DNA from: Syntrophobacterales bacterium | GTDB taxonomy: Bacteria > Desulfobacterota > Syntrophobacteria > Syntrophobacterales > Thermodesulforhabdaceae | DNA: 53,638 bases | NCBI GenBank assembly: GCA_026992355.1 | Contig: JALXAE010000178.1 | Span: forward strand, 1 to 53,638 | Reading direction: 5' to 3' | Part shown: positions 9,378 through 19,010 of the stretch, one piece after another | How positions within the stretch are numbered: the first letter of the stretch is position 1 | Layout: each line of letters opens with the position of its first letter | Made by a program: the position numbers and the translations under genes | Notes under the pieces: model-generated | What the model was told of the DNA's origin: nothing | What the model saw: the letters and a program-made list of their open reading frames with translations, nothing else | The model's database searches: none

Positions 9378-11237
9378 ATGATCAAGGAATACGATGTAAT
9401 AGTAGTTGGAGCAGGTCATGCAGGGTGTGAAGCAGCTCTCGCTTCTGCGCGCCTTGGGTGTCGTACCCTTGTCTTATCTATCTTTCTTGATACTGTTGCC
9501 CATATGCCATGTTCTCCTTCTGTCGGTGGTATTGGAAAAGGTCACCTAGTTAAGGAAATTGATGCCCTGGGTGGCTTTATGGCTCGTGTTACCGACAAAA
9601 CAGCCATTCAGTTCAGAATACTGAATACCAAAAAAGGTCCCGCTGTAAGGGGCACAAGAACTCAAAATGATAAAGTCCGTTACCGAACCCTCATGAAACA
9701 TGTTCTGGAACAAACCGCGAACCTTGACTTAAAACAGGCTCTAGTTGAAAGGCTAGTGGTAGAAGACGGCAAGATAAAGGGAGTAATAGATGAAATAGGA
9801 AATTTTTATGGAGCTAAAGGAGTTGTTCTGGCAACAGGGACGTTTCTGCATGGTCTTATTCACATTGGACCCAAGCAGATTCCATCAGGCAGGGCTGGTG
9901 AATTTCCTTCCAACACCCTTGCCGATCAGCTAAAAGAACTAGGTTTCGAATTAGGTCGAATGAAAACTGGAACCCCTGCCCGCCTTCACAGAAGTAGCAT
10001 TGACTTTTCTGTCTTTGATGAACAGAAGGGAGACGAAAACCCACAGCCATTTTCTCTTTTTACAGACAAGATAGAACTTCCCCAAATATCATGTTACATA
10101 GGAAAAACTACAAAAGAGACTCATAGAATTGTGAGAGATAATATAACCTTTTCCCCTCTCTACAATGGAACCATAAAGGGGATTTCTGCAAGGTATTGTC
10201 CCTCTCTTGAGGATAAGATTATGAAATTTCCCCATAAAGAATTTCACCAGATAATCCTTGAGCCAGAAGGGATAGACACGGAAGAGATTTACGCGAGTGG
10301 CACTGGAAATTCCTTGCCCTATGAAATTCAGTTAAAGATTGTGCATTCTATTCCCGGATTAGAAGAAGCAGAAATAATGAGGCCTGCTTATGCCATTGAA
10401 TACGACTTTGTGCAACCGACTCAGCTAAAATTAACTCTGGAAACAAAACTCGTTGAAGGACTATATCTTGCAGGACAGATAAACGGTACTTCAGGTTATG
10501 AGGAGGCAGCAGCACAGGGTATGTGGGCTGGCATAAATGCTGCCTTGAAAGTTCAGAAAAGACCACCTTTCGTATTGGACCGATCAGAAGCATATATGGC
10601 TGTTTTGGTTGACGATCTGGTTACACGGGGAACCAACGAACCTTATCGTATGTTTACATCCAGAGCTGAATACAGGCTTTTGCTAAGAGAAGATAACGCA
10701 GATCTTAGACTTCTGGAAAAAGGGTATGAACTGGGTTTGCACGATAAGGACACCTATCTGGAGCTCCTCGAAAGAAAGAAAGCCATAGAGGCTGAAATCA
10801 GACGGCTTAAAAGAACGGTTTTTCGCCCGGGCAAAAAGATAAACGATTTTCTCAAAAGTAAAAAATCTGCTCCCATAGTTGAACCGACCAACCTCGATAA
10901 GCTTCTTAAAAGGCCTGAGTTGAGCTATGAAGATATAGAAGCTTTAGCTCCCCCAGAAAATTATCTTCCCGACAGGGTAAAACAACAGGTTGAAATAATC
11001 TGTAAATACGAAGGATATATAAAACGCCAAGAAGCCGAAGTTAAAAAATTTAAAAACCTTGAAAAAATTCTCATACCCGATGATTTCCCCTATGACGATA
11101 TTCCCGGTTTGTCCAATGAAATACGAGAAAAACTGAAGTCCATACGCCCAGAGTCCCTTGGTCAGGCTTCTCGTATTCCAGGTATGACTCCGGCTGCACT
11201 TTCGATACTAATGGTTCACCTAAAGAAGAAGAGATAA
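9378..11237 (+). CDS. mnmG: tRNA uridine 5-carboxymethylaminomethyl modification enzyme MnmG (GidA)
   Basis: [23 protein letters not shown] at the N-terminus, 619 aa, and the conserved [16 protein letters not shown] and C-terminal [10 protein letters not shown] motifs. Confidence 0.95.
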   Translation: MIKEYDVIVVGAGHAGCEAALASARLGCRTLVLSIFLDTVAHMPCSPSVGGIGKGHLVKEIDALGGFMARVTDKTAIQFRILNTKKGPAVRGTRTQNDKVRYRTLMKHVLEQTANLDLKQALVERLVVEDGKIKGVIDEIGNFYGAKGVVLATGTFLHGLIHIGPKQIPSGRAGEFPSNTLADQLKELGFELGRMKTGTPARLHRSSIDFSVFDEQKGDENPQPFSLFTDKIELPQISCYIGKTTKETHRIVRDNITFSPLYNGTIKGISARYCPSLEDKIMKFPHKEFHQIILEPEGIDTEEIYASGTGNSLPYEIQLKIVHSIPGLEEAEIMRPAYAIEYDFVQPTQLKLTLETKLVEGLYLAGQINGTSGYEEAAAQGMWAGINAALKVQKRPPFVLDRSEAYMAVLVDDLVTRGTNEPYRMFTSRAEYRLLLREDNADLRLLEKGYELGLHDKDTYLELLERKKAIEAEIRRLKRTVFRPGKKINDFLKSKKSAPIVEPTNLDKLLKRPELSYEDIEALAPPENYLPDRVKQQVEIICKYEGYIKRQEAEVKKFKNLEKILIPDDFPYDDIPGLSNEIREKLKSIRPESLGQASRIPGMTPAALSILMVHLKKKR

Positions 11238-11275
11238 ATTTTTATTTTGCCAGCCTAATTTTTTTGTTATATGTA

Positions 11276-11296
11276 TGAATGAATAACCATTCATTA
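11276..11296. promoter_or_regulatory. Perfect inverted repeat (candidate operator) upstream of etfB
   Basis: TGAATGAAT-AACC-ATTCATTA has AATGAAT/ATTCATT arms. It lies immediately upstream of a candidate -35 element. Confidence 0.3.
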
Positions 11297-11297
11297 T

Positions 11298-11326
11298 TTG
11301 AAGATACAAAAAATCTTGCAATATAA
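11298..11326 (+). promoter_or_regulatory. Candidate sigma70-type promoter of the etfBA-fadD cluster
   Basis: TTGAAG (11298-11303), a 17-nt spacer, then ATATAA (11321-11326), about 80 nt upstream of the etfB GTG start. Confidence 0.25.
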
Positions 11327-11403
11327 GCAAAAATTTAATTAGTTTACTCTGCTTGTGGAAGTGGCAAGTTGAAAATATTAGTCAACAAAAGGAGGATGGG
11401 GAA

Positions 11404-12201
11404 GTGAACATTGTTGTTTTGCTCAAACAAACACCGGACACCGAATCAGTAATTCGGATTGCAGAAGATGGACGCTCGATCAACACTCAGGACATCAAAT
11501 GGATTATTAATCCTTACGATGAATTTGCTGTTGAAGCAGCATTGAGGCTTAAAGAGCAACACGGTGGTACTGTCACTATCGTTAGCTGGGGTCCTCAGAG
11601 AGTAGTTGAGTCCATCAGAACAGCTATGGCAATGGGAGCGGATAAGGGAGTTTTAATTGACGACGAGGCGCTCTATGAAAGTGACAGTCTTGGAGTAGCA
11701 AAGGCACTCACTGCTGCCGTCAAAGAGATTGATCCTGACATTGTGCTATGCGGTCACAGGGCTGTTGATTACGATCACAATCAGAGGGGCCCGATGGTGG
11801 CAGAAATGCTGGGCTGGCCTCACCTACCACTGGCTGTATCCCTGGAATGCGATGGCACTACAGTAAAGATTGAACGTCCGGTAGAAGGCGGCAAAATGAT
11901 TCTTGAATCTTCACTGCCTGCGGTGGTTACCATGGGAGGATCTCACGCAGTCTGGAATCCCAGATATGCCAGCCTTCCCGGAATCATGAAGGCCAAGAAA
12001 AAACCTCTTGAAGTCAAAAAACTGGCTGATTTGGGTCTTGACCCGTCCGAATGCGGTGAGGAAGCTGCAAAGATACGTCTGGTATCACTCGAAATGCCCC
12101 CAGAAAGAAAACCGGGACGTATCATTAACGGTAATCTTGACACTGAAGGTAAGGCTAAAGAGCTGGTTAGGGCTTTGCGAGAGGAGGCGAAGGTTATCTA
12201 A
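11404..12201 (+). CDS. etfB: Electron transfer flavoprotein beta subunit
   Basis: VNIVVLLKQTPDTES... is the typical EtfB start. The start is set at GTG 11404, preceded by AAGGAGGATGGGGAA. The upstream 17 codons of the track ORF have no homologous counterpart. Confidence 0.88.
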   Translation: MNIVVLLKQTPDTESVIRIAEDGRSINTQDIKWIINPYDEFAVEAALRLKEQHGGTVTIVSWGPQRVVESIRTAMAMGADKGVLIDDEALYESDSLGVAKALTAAVKEIDPDIVLCGHRAVDYDHNQRGPMVAEMLGWPHLPLAVSLECDGTTVKIERPVEGGKMILESSLPAVVTMGGSHAVWNPRYASLPGIMKAKKKPLEVKKLADLGLDPSECGEEAAKIRLVSLEMPPERKPGRIINGNLDTEGKAKELVRALREEAKVI

Positions 12202-12254
12202 GGTAGGTTTGTTGATATTAGGAAAAAAATATCATGGAGGATGAGGAGATAAAA

Positions 12255-13241
12255 ATGGCTGATTCGGTATGTATTGTAGCTGAATTTAGAGATGGAGCTT
12301 TCAGAAAGGTTTCCTATGAGATAGCCAGTGAAGGGCGCCGTATTGCAGATGCTATGGGTCTGAAGCTTTACGGAATTGCTATAGGCTCGGGAGTAAGTGA
12401 TAAGGCCCAAGAGCTTGCTAAATATGGGGTGGAAAAAGTTTTCGTAGCAGACAATCCTGTCTTTGAACACTATATTGCGGAAACCTATGTTCCTGCCGTT
12501 GCAGAAATGATTAACCAGTGCAATCCGTCGGTGATTCTACTTCCTGCTTCAATGAACGGTAAGGATCTGTCTGCTCGACTTGCTGCACGGCTGGAAACAG
12601 GTCTCGCACAGGATTCCACCGAAATTTCCGTAGAAGATGGCAAGATAAAGGCTAAAAGGCCCTTGTTTGGGGGGAAATGCCTTGGCTGGTATGAATGGGC
12701 AGACGATGCTTTGGTCATGATTTCCTGCAGACCAAATGTCATGAGTTGTCTTGAACCAGACGAAAGCAAACAGGCTGAAATTGTTACCGTAGATGTAGAT
12801 GTTCCAGAACCAAGATCTAAAGTAGTTTCGGTTGACATGGATACATCTGGGAAGATCGAGCTTACGGAGGCAGAAATAATTGTTTCAGGCGGCAGAGGCA
12901 TGAAAGGACCGGAAAACTTTGCAATGCTGGAAGAACTTGCCCAACTTCTGGGTGCCGCCGTTGGAGCTTCCCGTGCTGCCGTTGATGCGGGCTGGAGACC
13001 ACATTCTGACCAAGTTGGCCAGACTGGAAAGGTGGTCACACCCAACCTTTACATAGCTGTAGGAATTTCGGGAGCTATCCAGCATCTAGCCGGTATGGGC
13101 TCATCAAAATACATTGTGGCAGTAAACAAAGATCCTGATGCCCCCATATTCAGCAAGGCTGATTACGGAGTAGTTGAAGACCTTTTTAAATTTATCCCGG
13201 TGTTTACTGAAGAGGTCAGGAAACTCAAGAGTGCGGAATAG
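12255..13241 (+). CDS. etfA: Electron transfer flavoprotein alpha subunit
   Basis: The C-terminal FAD-binding region matches (SGGRGMK...VGASRAAVDAGW...QVGQTGKVVTPNLYIAVGISGAIQHLAGM). The start is taken at ATG 12255 (MADSV...) with GAGGAG 7 nt upstream. Confidence 0.9.
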   Translation: MADSVCIVAEFRDGAFRKVSYEIASEGRRIADAMGLKLYGIAIGSGVSDKAQELAKYGVEKVFVADNPVFEHYIAETYVPAVAEMINQCNPSVILLPASMNGKDLSARLAARLETGLAQDSTEISVEDGKIKAKRPLFGGKCLGWYEWADDALVMISCRPNVMSCLEPDESKQAEIVTVDVDVPEPRSKVVSVDMDTSGKIELTEAEIIVSGGRGMKGPENFAMLEELAQLLGAAVGASRAAVDAGWRPHSDQVGQTGKVVTPNLYIAVGISGAIQHLAGMGSSKYIVAVNKDPDAPIFSKADYGVVEDLFKFIPVFTEEVRKLKSAE

Positions 13242-13256
13242 TTCTACCTCTGCTCG

Positions 13257-13289
13257 GGGCTTCGAGCAGACTGCTCGAAGCCCTTTTTA
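13257..13289 (+). terminator. Strong hairpin plus T-run between etfA and fadD (terminator or attenuator)
   Basis: GGGCTTCGAGCAG / CTGCTCGAAGCCC is a near-perfect 13-nt inverted repeat followed by TTTTT. Confidence 0.6.
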
Positions 13290-13318
13290 TATATTCTGCA
13301 ACAGGAGGCTAAGGAAAA

Positions 13319-15004
13319 ATGACCATGGAGAGTGCCTGGCTGCAACATTATGATAAAGATGTTCCCCGCCATTTAGATTATCCCGGTGAACCACTCCCGC
13401 TAATTTTGAAAAAAAATCTGGCACGGTGGGCTCATAGACCGGCAACTCAGTTTTATGGCGCTACTCTAAGCTATGGGGAATTGTGGCGAAAAATTACACG
13501 ATTTGCCGAGGTTTTAAGAAAATTAGGAATTCAGAAAGGCGATAGATTTGCCATTATGCTTCCAAATTGCCCTCAAAATATCATAGCTCACTATGCTACT
13601 CTTTGGTTAGGAGGAATTGTCGTAAATACAAATCCTATGTACGTAGAGCGAGAAATAGAGCATCAATGGCAGGATGCAGGTGTAAAAGGAGCCATAGTCC
13701 TTGATCATCTCTTCCCAAAAGTCCAACCCATTCTTGAAAAAACAGGAGTAGAATTTCTGATTGTGACCAGCCTCAAGGATGCACTACCCTTCCCATTATC
13801 AATTCTTTACCCGCTAAAGGCAAAAAAACAAAAACTTTTTACCAATGTACCTTATAATGACCACATCTTATCCTACAACCATTTGCTGAAATCTACACCT
13901 CCTACAGAAGTAGAATGTCCGGTGAGTTTAGACGATATTGCTTTGCTCCAGTATACTGGTGGTACCACCGGAGTAGCCAAAGGCGTAATGCTTACACATA
14001 GAAATATTCTGGCAAATGTTGTCCAAATATCAGCGTGGTTTTCTGATCTTGAATGGGGAAAAGAACGCATAGTTGGAATTCTCCCACTATTCCATGTTTT
14101 TGGAATGACAACCTGTATGAATTGGCCATTGTATACCGGAAGTTGTGTGCTCTTAATACCACGTTTTGAAGTAAATGAGTTTTTAAAGCTGATACACAAA
14201 TTCAAACCGACTTTATTTCCCGGTGTACCAACGATTTATGTTGCCGTCGTAAATCACCCTAACATTGAAAAGTTCGACCTTTCTTCCGTAAAATTCTGTA
14301 TAACTGGCTCCGCACCGATGCCCGTTGAAATACTAAAGAAGTTTGAGAAGTTAACTGGAAGCACTATAGTGGAAGGGTTTGGTCTTACTGAATCTAGCCC
14401 CGTCACCCACTGTAATCCACTCAAAGGATTGAGAAAGATCGGTTCCATCGGAATTCCTGTTCCTGATACAGATTGCAAAATAATGGATTTAGAAACGGGA
14501 ACGAAGGAGCTTCCACCAGGAGAGGTTGGAGAACTTGTTGTTCGCGGGCCACAGGTAATGTTAGGCTACTGGAATCGTAAAGAAGAAACAGAACAAACCC
14601 TGAAAGACGGCTGGCTTTATACGGGCGACATTGCCCGCATGGATGAAGACGGGTACGCTTACATTGTGGATCGTAAGAAAGACATGATTATAGCCGGAGG
14701 CTACAATATTTACCCAAGGGAAATAGATGAAGTTCTTTACAGCCACCCCAAGATAATGGATGCAGTAACTGTTGGAGTTCCAGATCCATACAGGGGAGAA
14801 ACAGTCAAAGTATTTATTGTTCCCAAACCGGGCGAAAGTCTAACCAAGGAGGAAGTAATAGATTTTTGTAAGGAAAGACTTGCTGCATACAAAGTTCCTA
14901 AATTGGTTGAATTCAGGGATAGTTTACCCAAAACTGCTGTAGGAAAAATTCTTAGAAAAGACTTAAAGCAGGAAGAGATAGAAAAAGCAAAGAAAGAAAA
15001 TTGA
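13319..15004 (+). CDS. fadD: Long-chain fatty acid--CoA ligase (AMP-forming acyl-CoA synthetase)
   Basis: AMP-binding motif LQYTGGTTGVAKGVMLTH, plus GYGLTE-like (GFGLTES), TGDIARMDEDGY and a C-terminal PKTAVGKILRK. Confidence 0.88.
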   Translation: MTMESAWLQHYDKDVPRHLDYPGEPLPLILKKNLARWAHRPATQFYGATLSYGELWRKITRFAEVLRKLGIQKGDRFAIMLPNCPQNIIAHYATLWLGGIVVNTNPMYVEREIEHQWQDAGVKGAIVLDHLFPKVQPILEKTGVEFLIVTSLKDALPFPLSILYPLKAKKQKLFTNVPYNDHILSYNHLLKSTPPTEVECPVSLDDIALLQYTGGTTGVAKGVMLTHRNILANVVQISAWFSDLEWGKERIVGILPLFHVFGMTTCMNWPLYTGSCVLLIPRFEVNEFLKLIHKFKPTLFPGVPTIYVAVVNHPNIEKFDLSSVKFCITGSAPMPVEILKKFEKLTGSTIVEGFGLTESSPVTHCNPLKGLRKIGSIGIPVPDTDCKIMDLETGTKELPPGEVGELVVRGPQVMLGYWNRKEETEQTLKDGWLYTGDIARMDEDGYAYIVDRKKDMIIAGGYNIYPREIDEVLYSHPKIMDAVTVGVPDPYRGETVKVFIVPKPGESLTKEEVIDFCKERLAAYKVPKLVEFRDSLPKTAVGKILRKDLKQEEIEKAKKEN

Positions 15005-15084
15005 TTCACGGGGTTTTCCCCCAAGTCCCTTTAAATGCCTTCCCAAAATCTGGCAAACTTTTTGTTTTCTTGGATGGGGTTGTT

Positions 15085-15363
15085 ATGAACTGGAAGCTTT
15101 TTGTTACCACTTTTCTAACAATCTTTCTGGCAGAACTGGGGGATAAAACTCAGCTAGCAACCTTTAGCTTTGCAGCCGGTACAAAATACAAACTCACAAT
15201 ATTCTTTGCGGCATCATGCGCTTTAATTCTCACCTCGGCAATAGGTGTGCTACTGGCAGGCCAAATTCAAAAGCTAGTATCCCCCAAAGCCCTCAAGGTT
15301 CTGTCTGGAGGAATCTTTATTGTTATCGGACTGTGGATAATTATCAGGTGTAATTCTCAGTAA
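15085..15363 (+). CDS. Single-domain UPF0016 (GDT1/TMEM165-like) cation transporter subunit, 92 aa
   Basis: It carries one E-x-G-D-K-T motif (LAELGDKTQLAT) and three hydrophobic segments. The start is set at ATG 15085 (MNWKLF...). The upstream track extension overlaps the fadD end and looks non-coding. Confidence 0.7.
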   Translation: MNWKLFVTTFLTIFLAELGDKTQLATFSFAAGTKYKLTIFFAASCALILTSAIGVLLAGQIQKLVSPKALKVLSGGIFIVIGLWIIIRCNSQ

Positions 15364-15402
15364 TTAATACTATCAGATGACTTTACACCTTCTTAGTAAA
15401 GT

Positions 15403-15427
15403 GACATTACATTGCTTATGTAATGTC
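15403..15427 (+). terminator. AT-rich hairpin after the UPF0016 gene (possible terminator)
   Basis: GACATTACAT-tgctt-ATGTAATGTC is a perfect 10-bp stem followed by ATTTTAT. Confidence 0.35.
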
Positions 15428-15620
15428 ATTTTATCCGTGCTAATGAATAACTTTTAATTTTTTTTGGTAGATTACATATATTTTCACTTGCTTTGTCTTC
15501 TGCCTTGTGGTAGCTTAGCTTACGAATGGGAAAGGGATAATTCCAGGTTATCTCTCCAGAAGACATTTTAAAGTCAAAAGGGGCGGCTTTTTATTAAGGC
15601 CAATAAGAGGAGGGATCGAA

Positions 15621-17066
15621 ATGAAAAAACTGGGGCATTTATCATCGCTTTTGTTGTTATGCGGGGTACTATGCATTGCACCACCTGCTACTGCCAAAAT
15701 GGGTACTGGTAAGGTAATAGCCAAGAGTTCAGATGTGGATATAAAGATTTTTGGCAGTATGCATACCTATCCGACCTATGTTTCTAACCCGGACTTCAAC
15801 AAAGGTGACACCAAGTATGACTTTGTCCTTGATGAGAGTGGTTTTCAATCGGAGTACAACATAAGAAATGAAGCTCGACTGGGGTTTTCGGGTGGAGGTG
15901 AAAACTGGCATTTCTTAATGATATTGGAAGCTGATTTCACATACAACAAGCAAAATGGAGATCGCGGAGCTGACAAAACAGATCCTTTAGACAGTGGAAT
16001 GACTGGTGAGGACTTCGGGATAGAAAAATTAGAATTCACGTATAACTTTGGTCCTTTCACTTTGGAAACAGGCTGGCAGACCAAGTTTTTAGATCTTAAA
16101 ACCGGTGGCCTGCTTTATGGAGATGATCATCCATTTATTGGAATCAAAGGTAAATACAACGACATTAGCTGGGAGATTCTCTCTCTCTACATCTTTGATG
16201 AAATAAAGAATCTTGAACACGGAAAGGTCAACGGGCCTCTCGATGCCGATTCTCTGGACTGGAGAGCCTATACTGCAAAGGTGATTGTTCCCTTTCAGGG
16301 TATCAATGTTAGTCCGTTTTATGCTTTCAGCGATAACGCAGCCCATTCTGCCCGAGTTCATTACTTAGGTGCAGAAGCTTATGGTAAGGTGGGAATGGTA
16401 ATTCCAAGGGCTGAATTTGTATACGCCGTTGGAGATCAAGGAAGAGACGTAGGATCTGATTATGACATAAGTGCTTTTGCGGCTTTTGCATCTCTTGAAT
16501 TTGACTTGTCGCCCTATTTCAAGCCATATATTGGTGGTTATTTCATAAGTGGTGACGATGATGCCAATGATAATGACATAGATGCATTTAATCCTATCAC
16601 CAACATTTCCAGATATACTCCAACTTTTGGCATGGAGAATGCCTTCATTTATAAGTATGTCCCTGTACTCGGTTCGCACCTGTACAGTAATGCTCCTGAT
16701 CTGCTAGGCGGAGCGAAAACAGGCTACGGCGGAATTGGTGATACATCCAGTCGAAATAGCCCAGGTCTCGTATCCATAGGCGTTGGTGCCAAAGGAAACT
16801 ATGGTAAATGGTATTATAAGGCTCAATTCCAATATTTCTGGTTTGATGAAACTGGAGCTCTTGAAGATTATTACAACGTTCCAGACATAGACAAAGATAT
16901 GGGTATGGAATTTGATTTGCAGGTCGTCTACAAATTTGGTAAACATTTTTCTGTTGGTGATGTAATCTCCATATTTGATCCCGGTGATGGTATCCAGGAC
17001 ATATATGGGGATGATTATGACGAGACAGCCATCATGAATACAGTTGAGCTCAAATGGCAATTTTAG
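15621..17066 (+). CDS. Putative outer-membrane beta-barrel porin
   Basis: It has a signal peptide (MKKLGHLSSLLLLCGVLCIAPPATA), alternating aromatic/Gly-rich beta-strand-like segments and a C-terminal ...VELKWQF with terminal Phe. GGAGGG RBS. Confidence 0.65.
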   Translation: MKKLGHLSSLLLLCGVLCIAPPATAKMGTGKVIAKSSDVDIKIFGSMHTYPTYVSNPDFNKGDTKYDFVLDESGFQSEYNIRNEARLGFSGGGENWHFLMILEADFTYNKQNGDRGADKTDPLDSGMTGEDFGIEKLEFTYNFGPFTLETGWQTKFLDLKTGGLLYGDDHPFIGIKGKYNDISWEILSLYIFDEIKNLEHGKVNGPLDADSLDWRAYTAKVIVPFQGINVSPFYAFSDNAAHSARVHYLGAEAYGKVGMVIPRAEFVYAVGDQGRDVGSDYDISAFAAFASLEFDLSPYFKPYIGGYFISGDDDANDNDIDAFNPITNISRYTPTFGMENAFIYKYVPVLGSHLYSNAPDLLGGAKTGYGGIGDTSSRNSPGLVSIGVGAKGNYGKWYYKAQFQYFWFDETGALEDYYNVPDIDKDMGMEFDLQVVYKFGKHFSVGDVISIFDPGDGIQDIYGDDYDETAIMNTVELKWQF

Positions 17067-17097
17067 TTACAAAAGTTAATCGGTACTGACTGGTAAA

Positions 17098-17123
17098 CCC
17101 CCTCCACAGCGAGGGGGTTTTTT
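17098..17123 (+). terminator. Rho-independent terminator after the porin gene
   Basis: CCCCCTC-cacagc-GAGGGGG followed by TTTTTT. Confidence 0.7.
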
Positions 17124-17155
17124 ATTAAATGTTGCTCTTCCCTCTGGAGGGCTAT

Positions 17156-18991
17156 ATGAAGCGCACCTTGCTGGTAACAATTATATTATTCTTTGTTTAT
17201 CCCGTAATAGTTCTCGGTAGAGTGACTCCCACATCTTTTTTCACCAATCAATTCTCTACCTTTTTAACAAAACGATTTCCGTCTTCTTATAAAGTAGTAG
17301 GAAAAGTTTCGGAACGTCATGGCTCGAGGCTTGTATTTCCCAAAGGCAACCATGAATTAAGGCGAGGTGACGAGCTTTTAGCTCTCAAATATGAAAAAAA
17401 CGTACCCCTTTATCTACTTCATCAGGCTTCTGTTATTCGAATTGAAGCCATCATGGGCAATAAAATACTAGCTCAGGAAATGGCCGTTATAGAAAGACCC
17501 GCAAAGGTTGGAGATCCTATTGTAATACCATCTTCTCCTGTTGTTTACTTGTATACAAACATTAAAAGAAAGGAGGTTTTCAAGCCCTACACTCAACTAA
17601 TTAAAATGCTCCTTGCAAAAAATTTTGAAGTGGTTGAATTAGGAAAACCAGAATTGAAACCCAAAACCGATAGATATGGAATTTTAATTAAGCTAGAGGG
17701 CGAATCTGGATATTTAGCTTTACGGGTGCAATCCATATATTCCGGTGACACTTTATATTTCGACAGCACATCCTACGCAGGGCCTATCGCAACCGCTGCG
17801 CCATCAGGTGTTACAATCGTTTTACCAGACTGGTCTTCTCTTAGAATCGCCCGCTACGCACAAACTTTCGCATCCCAGGAAGCTATTGGAACAACGCCTA
17901 AACCGTTGCCAGAACCCGGGAAGCAAACAACGCCTAAAGCAACTAAAAGCTTCCTGCGGGTTGGAGAAATCCCAGAAACAAACCAATATAGGCTTAACGA
18001 AAAATTTAAGAGAATGGTAATTGCTGAAATTGACGGAGATAGAAAACCTGATTTTGTCTTTTTAAATGATGATTTCCTGGAAGTTTATAATTTTGAAAAT
18101 GGTGTCTTTCAAAAAACAAGAAGATATGAGCTCTCCGGAGGCCCTTATGTGGCGCTGCATTTACACGCAATGGATATTACGGGAGATGGACAGGATGAAC
18201 TATTCCTGACCTTAGGAAGACAAATAATGCTGGATGATTACCATGACACCATTCTCAGGTCTATGATTCTTACTTTCAAAAATGGAGCCTTTGAGGTTTT
18301 GGACGAAGATCTCCCATATTATCTGCGAGTCATAGAAGATAGGCAAGGCAATCTTGTAGCTCTTGCTCAGAATAAAGGAAATAAATCTCTCTATGATGGA
18401 GACATTATTAGAATTAAATGGAACAATGCTCTAGGAAAAATCATCGAGACTGGTGAGTATGCACCTGCCCATGATGTATATTCAATTTATCAGTTCAACC
18501 TTATACCTGACGACATTGATAGAATTGTCATCCTGGAGCCAACCAATGATTTACAAGTATATTACACACCTACCGAAGAACCGGAAGTTATTTCGGATAA
18601 AAATTTTGGTTTTTATGATGAAATTCCTTTTTTAATTAGCCCCAGGGAAGAAAAATTCATTGGTGGTTTTAACAAAAAATTATCTGAAACTGCTTACGCT
18701 CCAAGAAGATTTGTATTGAAACGTGAATACGACGATCAAATGTTTTTAATTCGCAAGGGCAGAACTAGGGTATCTGTAAGCACTTCTCTGGGCAATGTTT
18801 TAAAAACATCCCAGGGCGAAGATTCTCTCGTTGCAGTAAAATGGCTCAAAGGTCAAATTTTAGAAACATGGCAGAGTGAAAGTTTATCTAAGGATATTAT
18901 AGATTTTGGCTTTGTAAAAATTGGCCAAGAAGACAAAATAGTATTGCTGGTAAGAGATAAGCAAGGTTACGCTATTGAAATAATAAAATAA
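17156..18991 (+). CDS. Secreted or periplasmic hypothetical protein with FG-GAP/VCBS-like repeats
   Basis: The start is set at ATG 17156 (MKRTLLVTIILFFVYPVIVLG, signal-like) with GGAGGG upstream. Segments such as EIDGDRKPDFVFLND and DITGDGQDELFL resemble FG-GAP calcium-binding repeats. There is no other recognisable motif. Confidence 0.55.
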   Translation: MKRTLLVTIILFFVYPVIVLGRVTPTSFFTNQFSTFLTKRFPSSYKVVGKVSERHGSRLVFPKGNHELRRGDELLALKYEKNVPLYLLHQASVIRIEAIMGNKILAQEMAVIERPAKVGDPIVIPSSPVVYLYTNIKRKEVFKPYTQLIKMLLAKNFEVVELGKPELKPKTDRYGILIKLEGESGYLALRVQSIYSGDTLYFDSTSYAGPIATAAPSGVTIVLPDWSSLRIARYAQTFASQEAIGTTPKPLPEPGKQTTPKATKSFLRVGEIPETNQYRLNEKFKRMVIAEIDGDRKPDFVFLNDDFLEVYNFENGVFQKTRRYELSGGPYVALHLHAMDITGDGQDELFLTLGRQIMLDDYHDTILRSMILTFKNGAFEVLDEDLPYYLRVIEDRQGNLVALAQNKGNKSLYDGDIIRIKWNNALGKIIETGEYAPAHDVYSIYQFNLIPDDIDRIVILEPTNDLQVYYTPTEEPEVISDKNFGFYDEIPFLISPREEKFIGGFNKKLSETAYAPRRFVLKREYDDQMFLIRKGRTRVSVSTSLGNVLKTSQGEDSLVAVKWLKGQILETWQSESLSKDIIDFGFVKIGQEDKIVLLVRDKQGYAIEIIK

Positions 18992-19010
18992 AAAGCACAA
19001 CAAGAATATA

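Noticed and set aside
11404-13241. Whether EtfBA is of the electron-bifurcating type
   Set aside because: I cannot decide from the sequence by eye. There is no adjacent FeS oxidoreductase or acyl-CoA dehydrogenase, so no claim is made.
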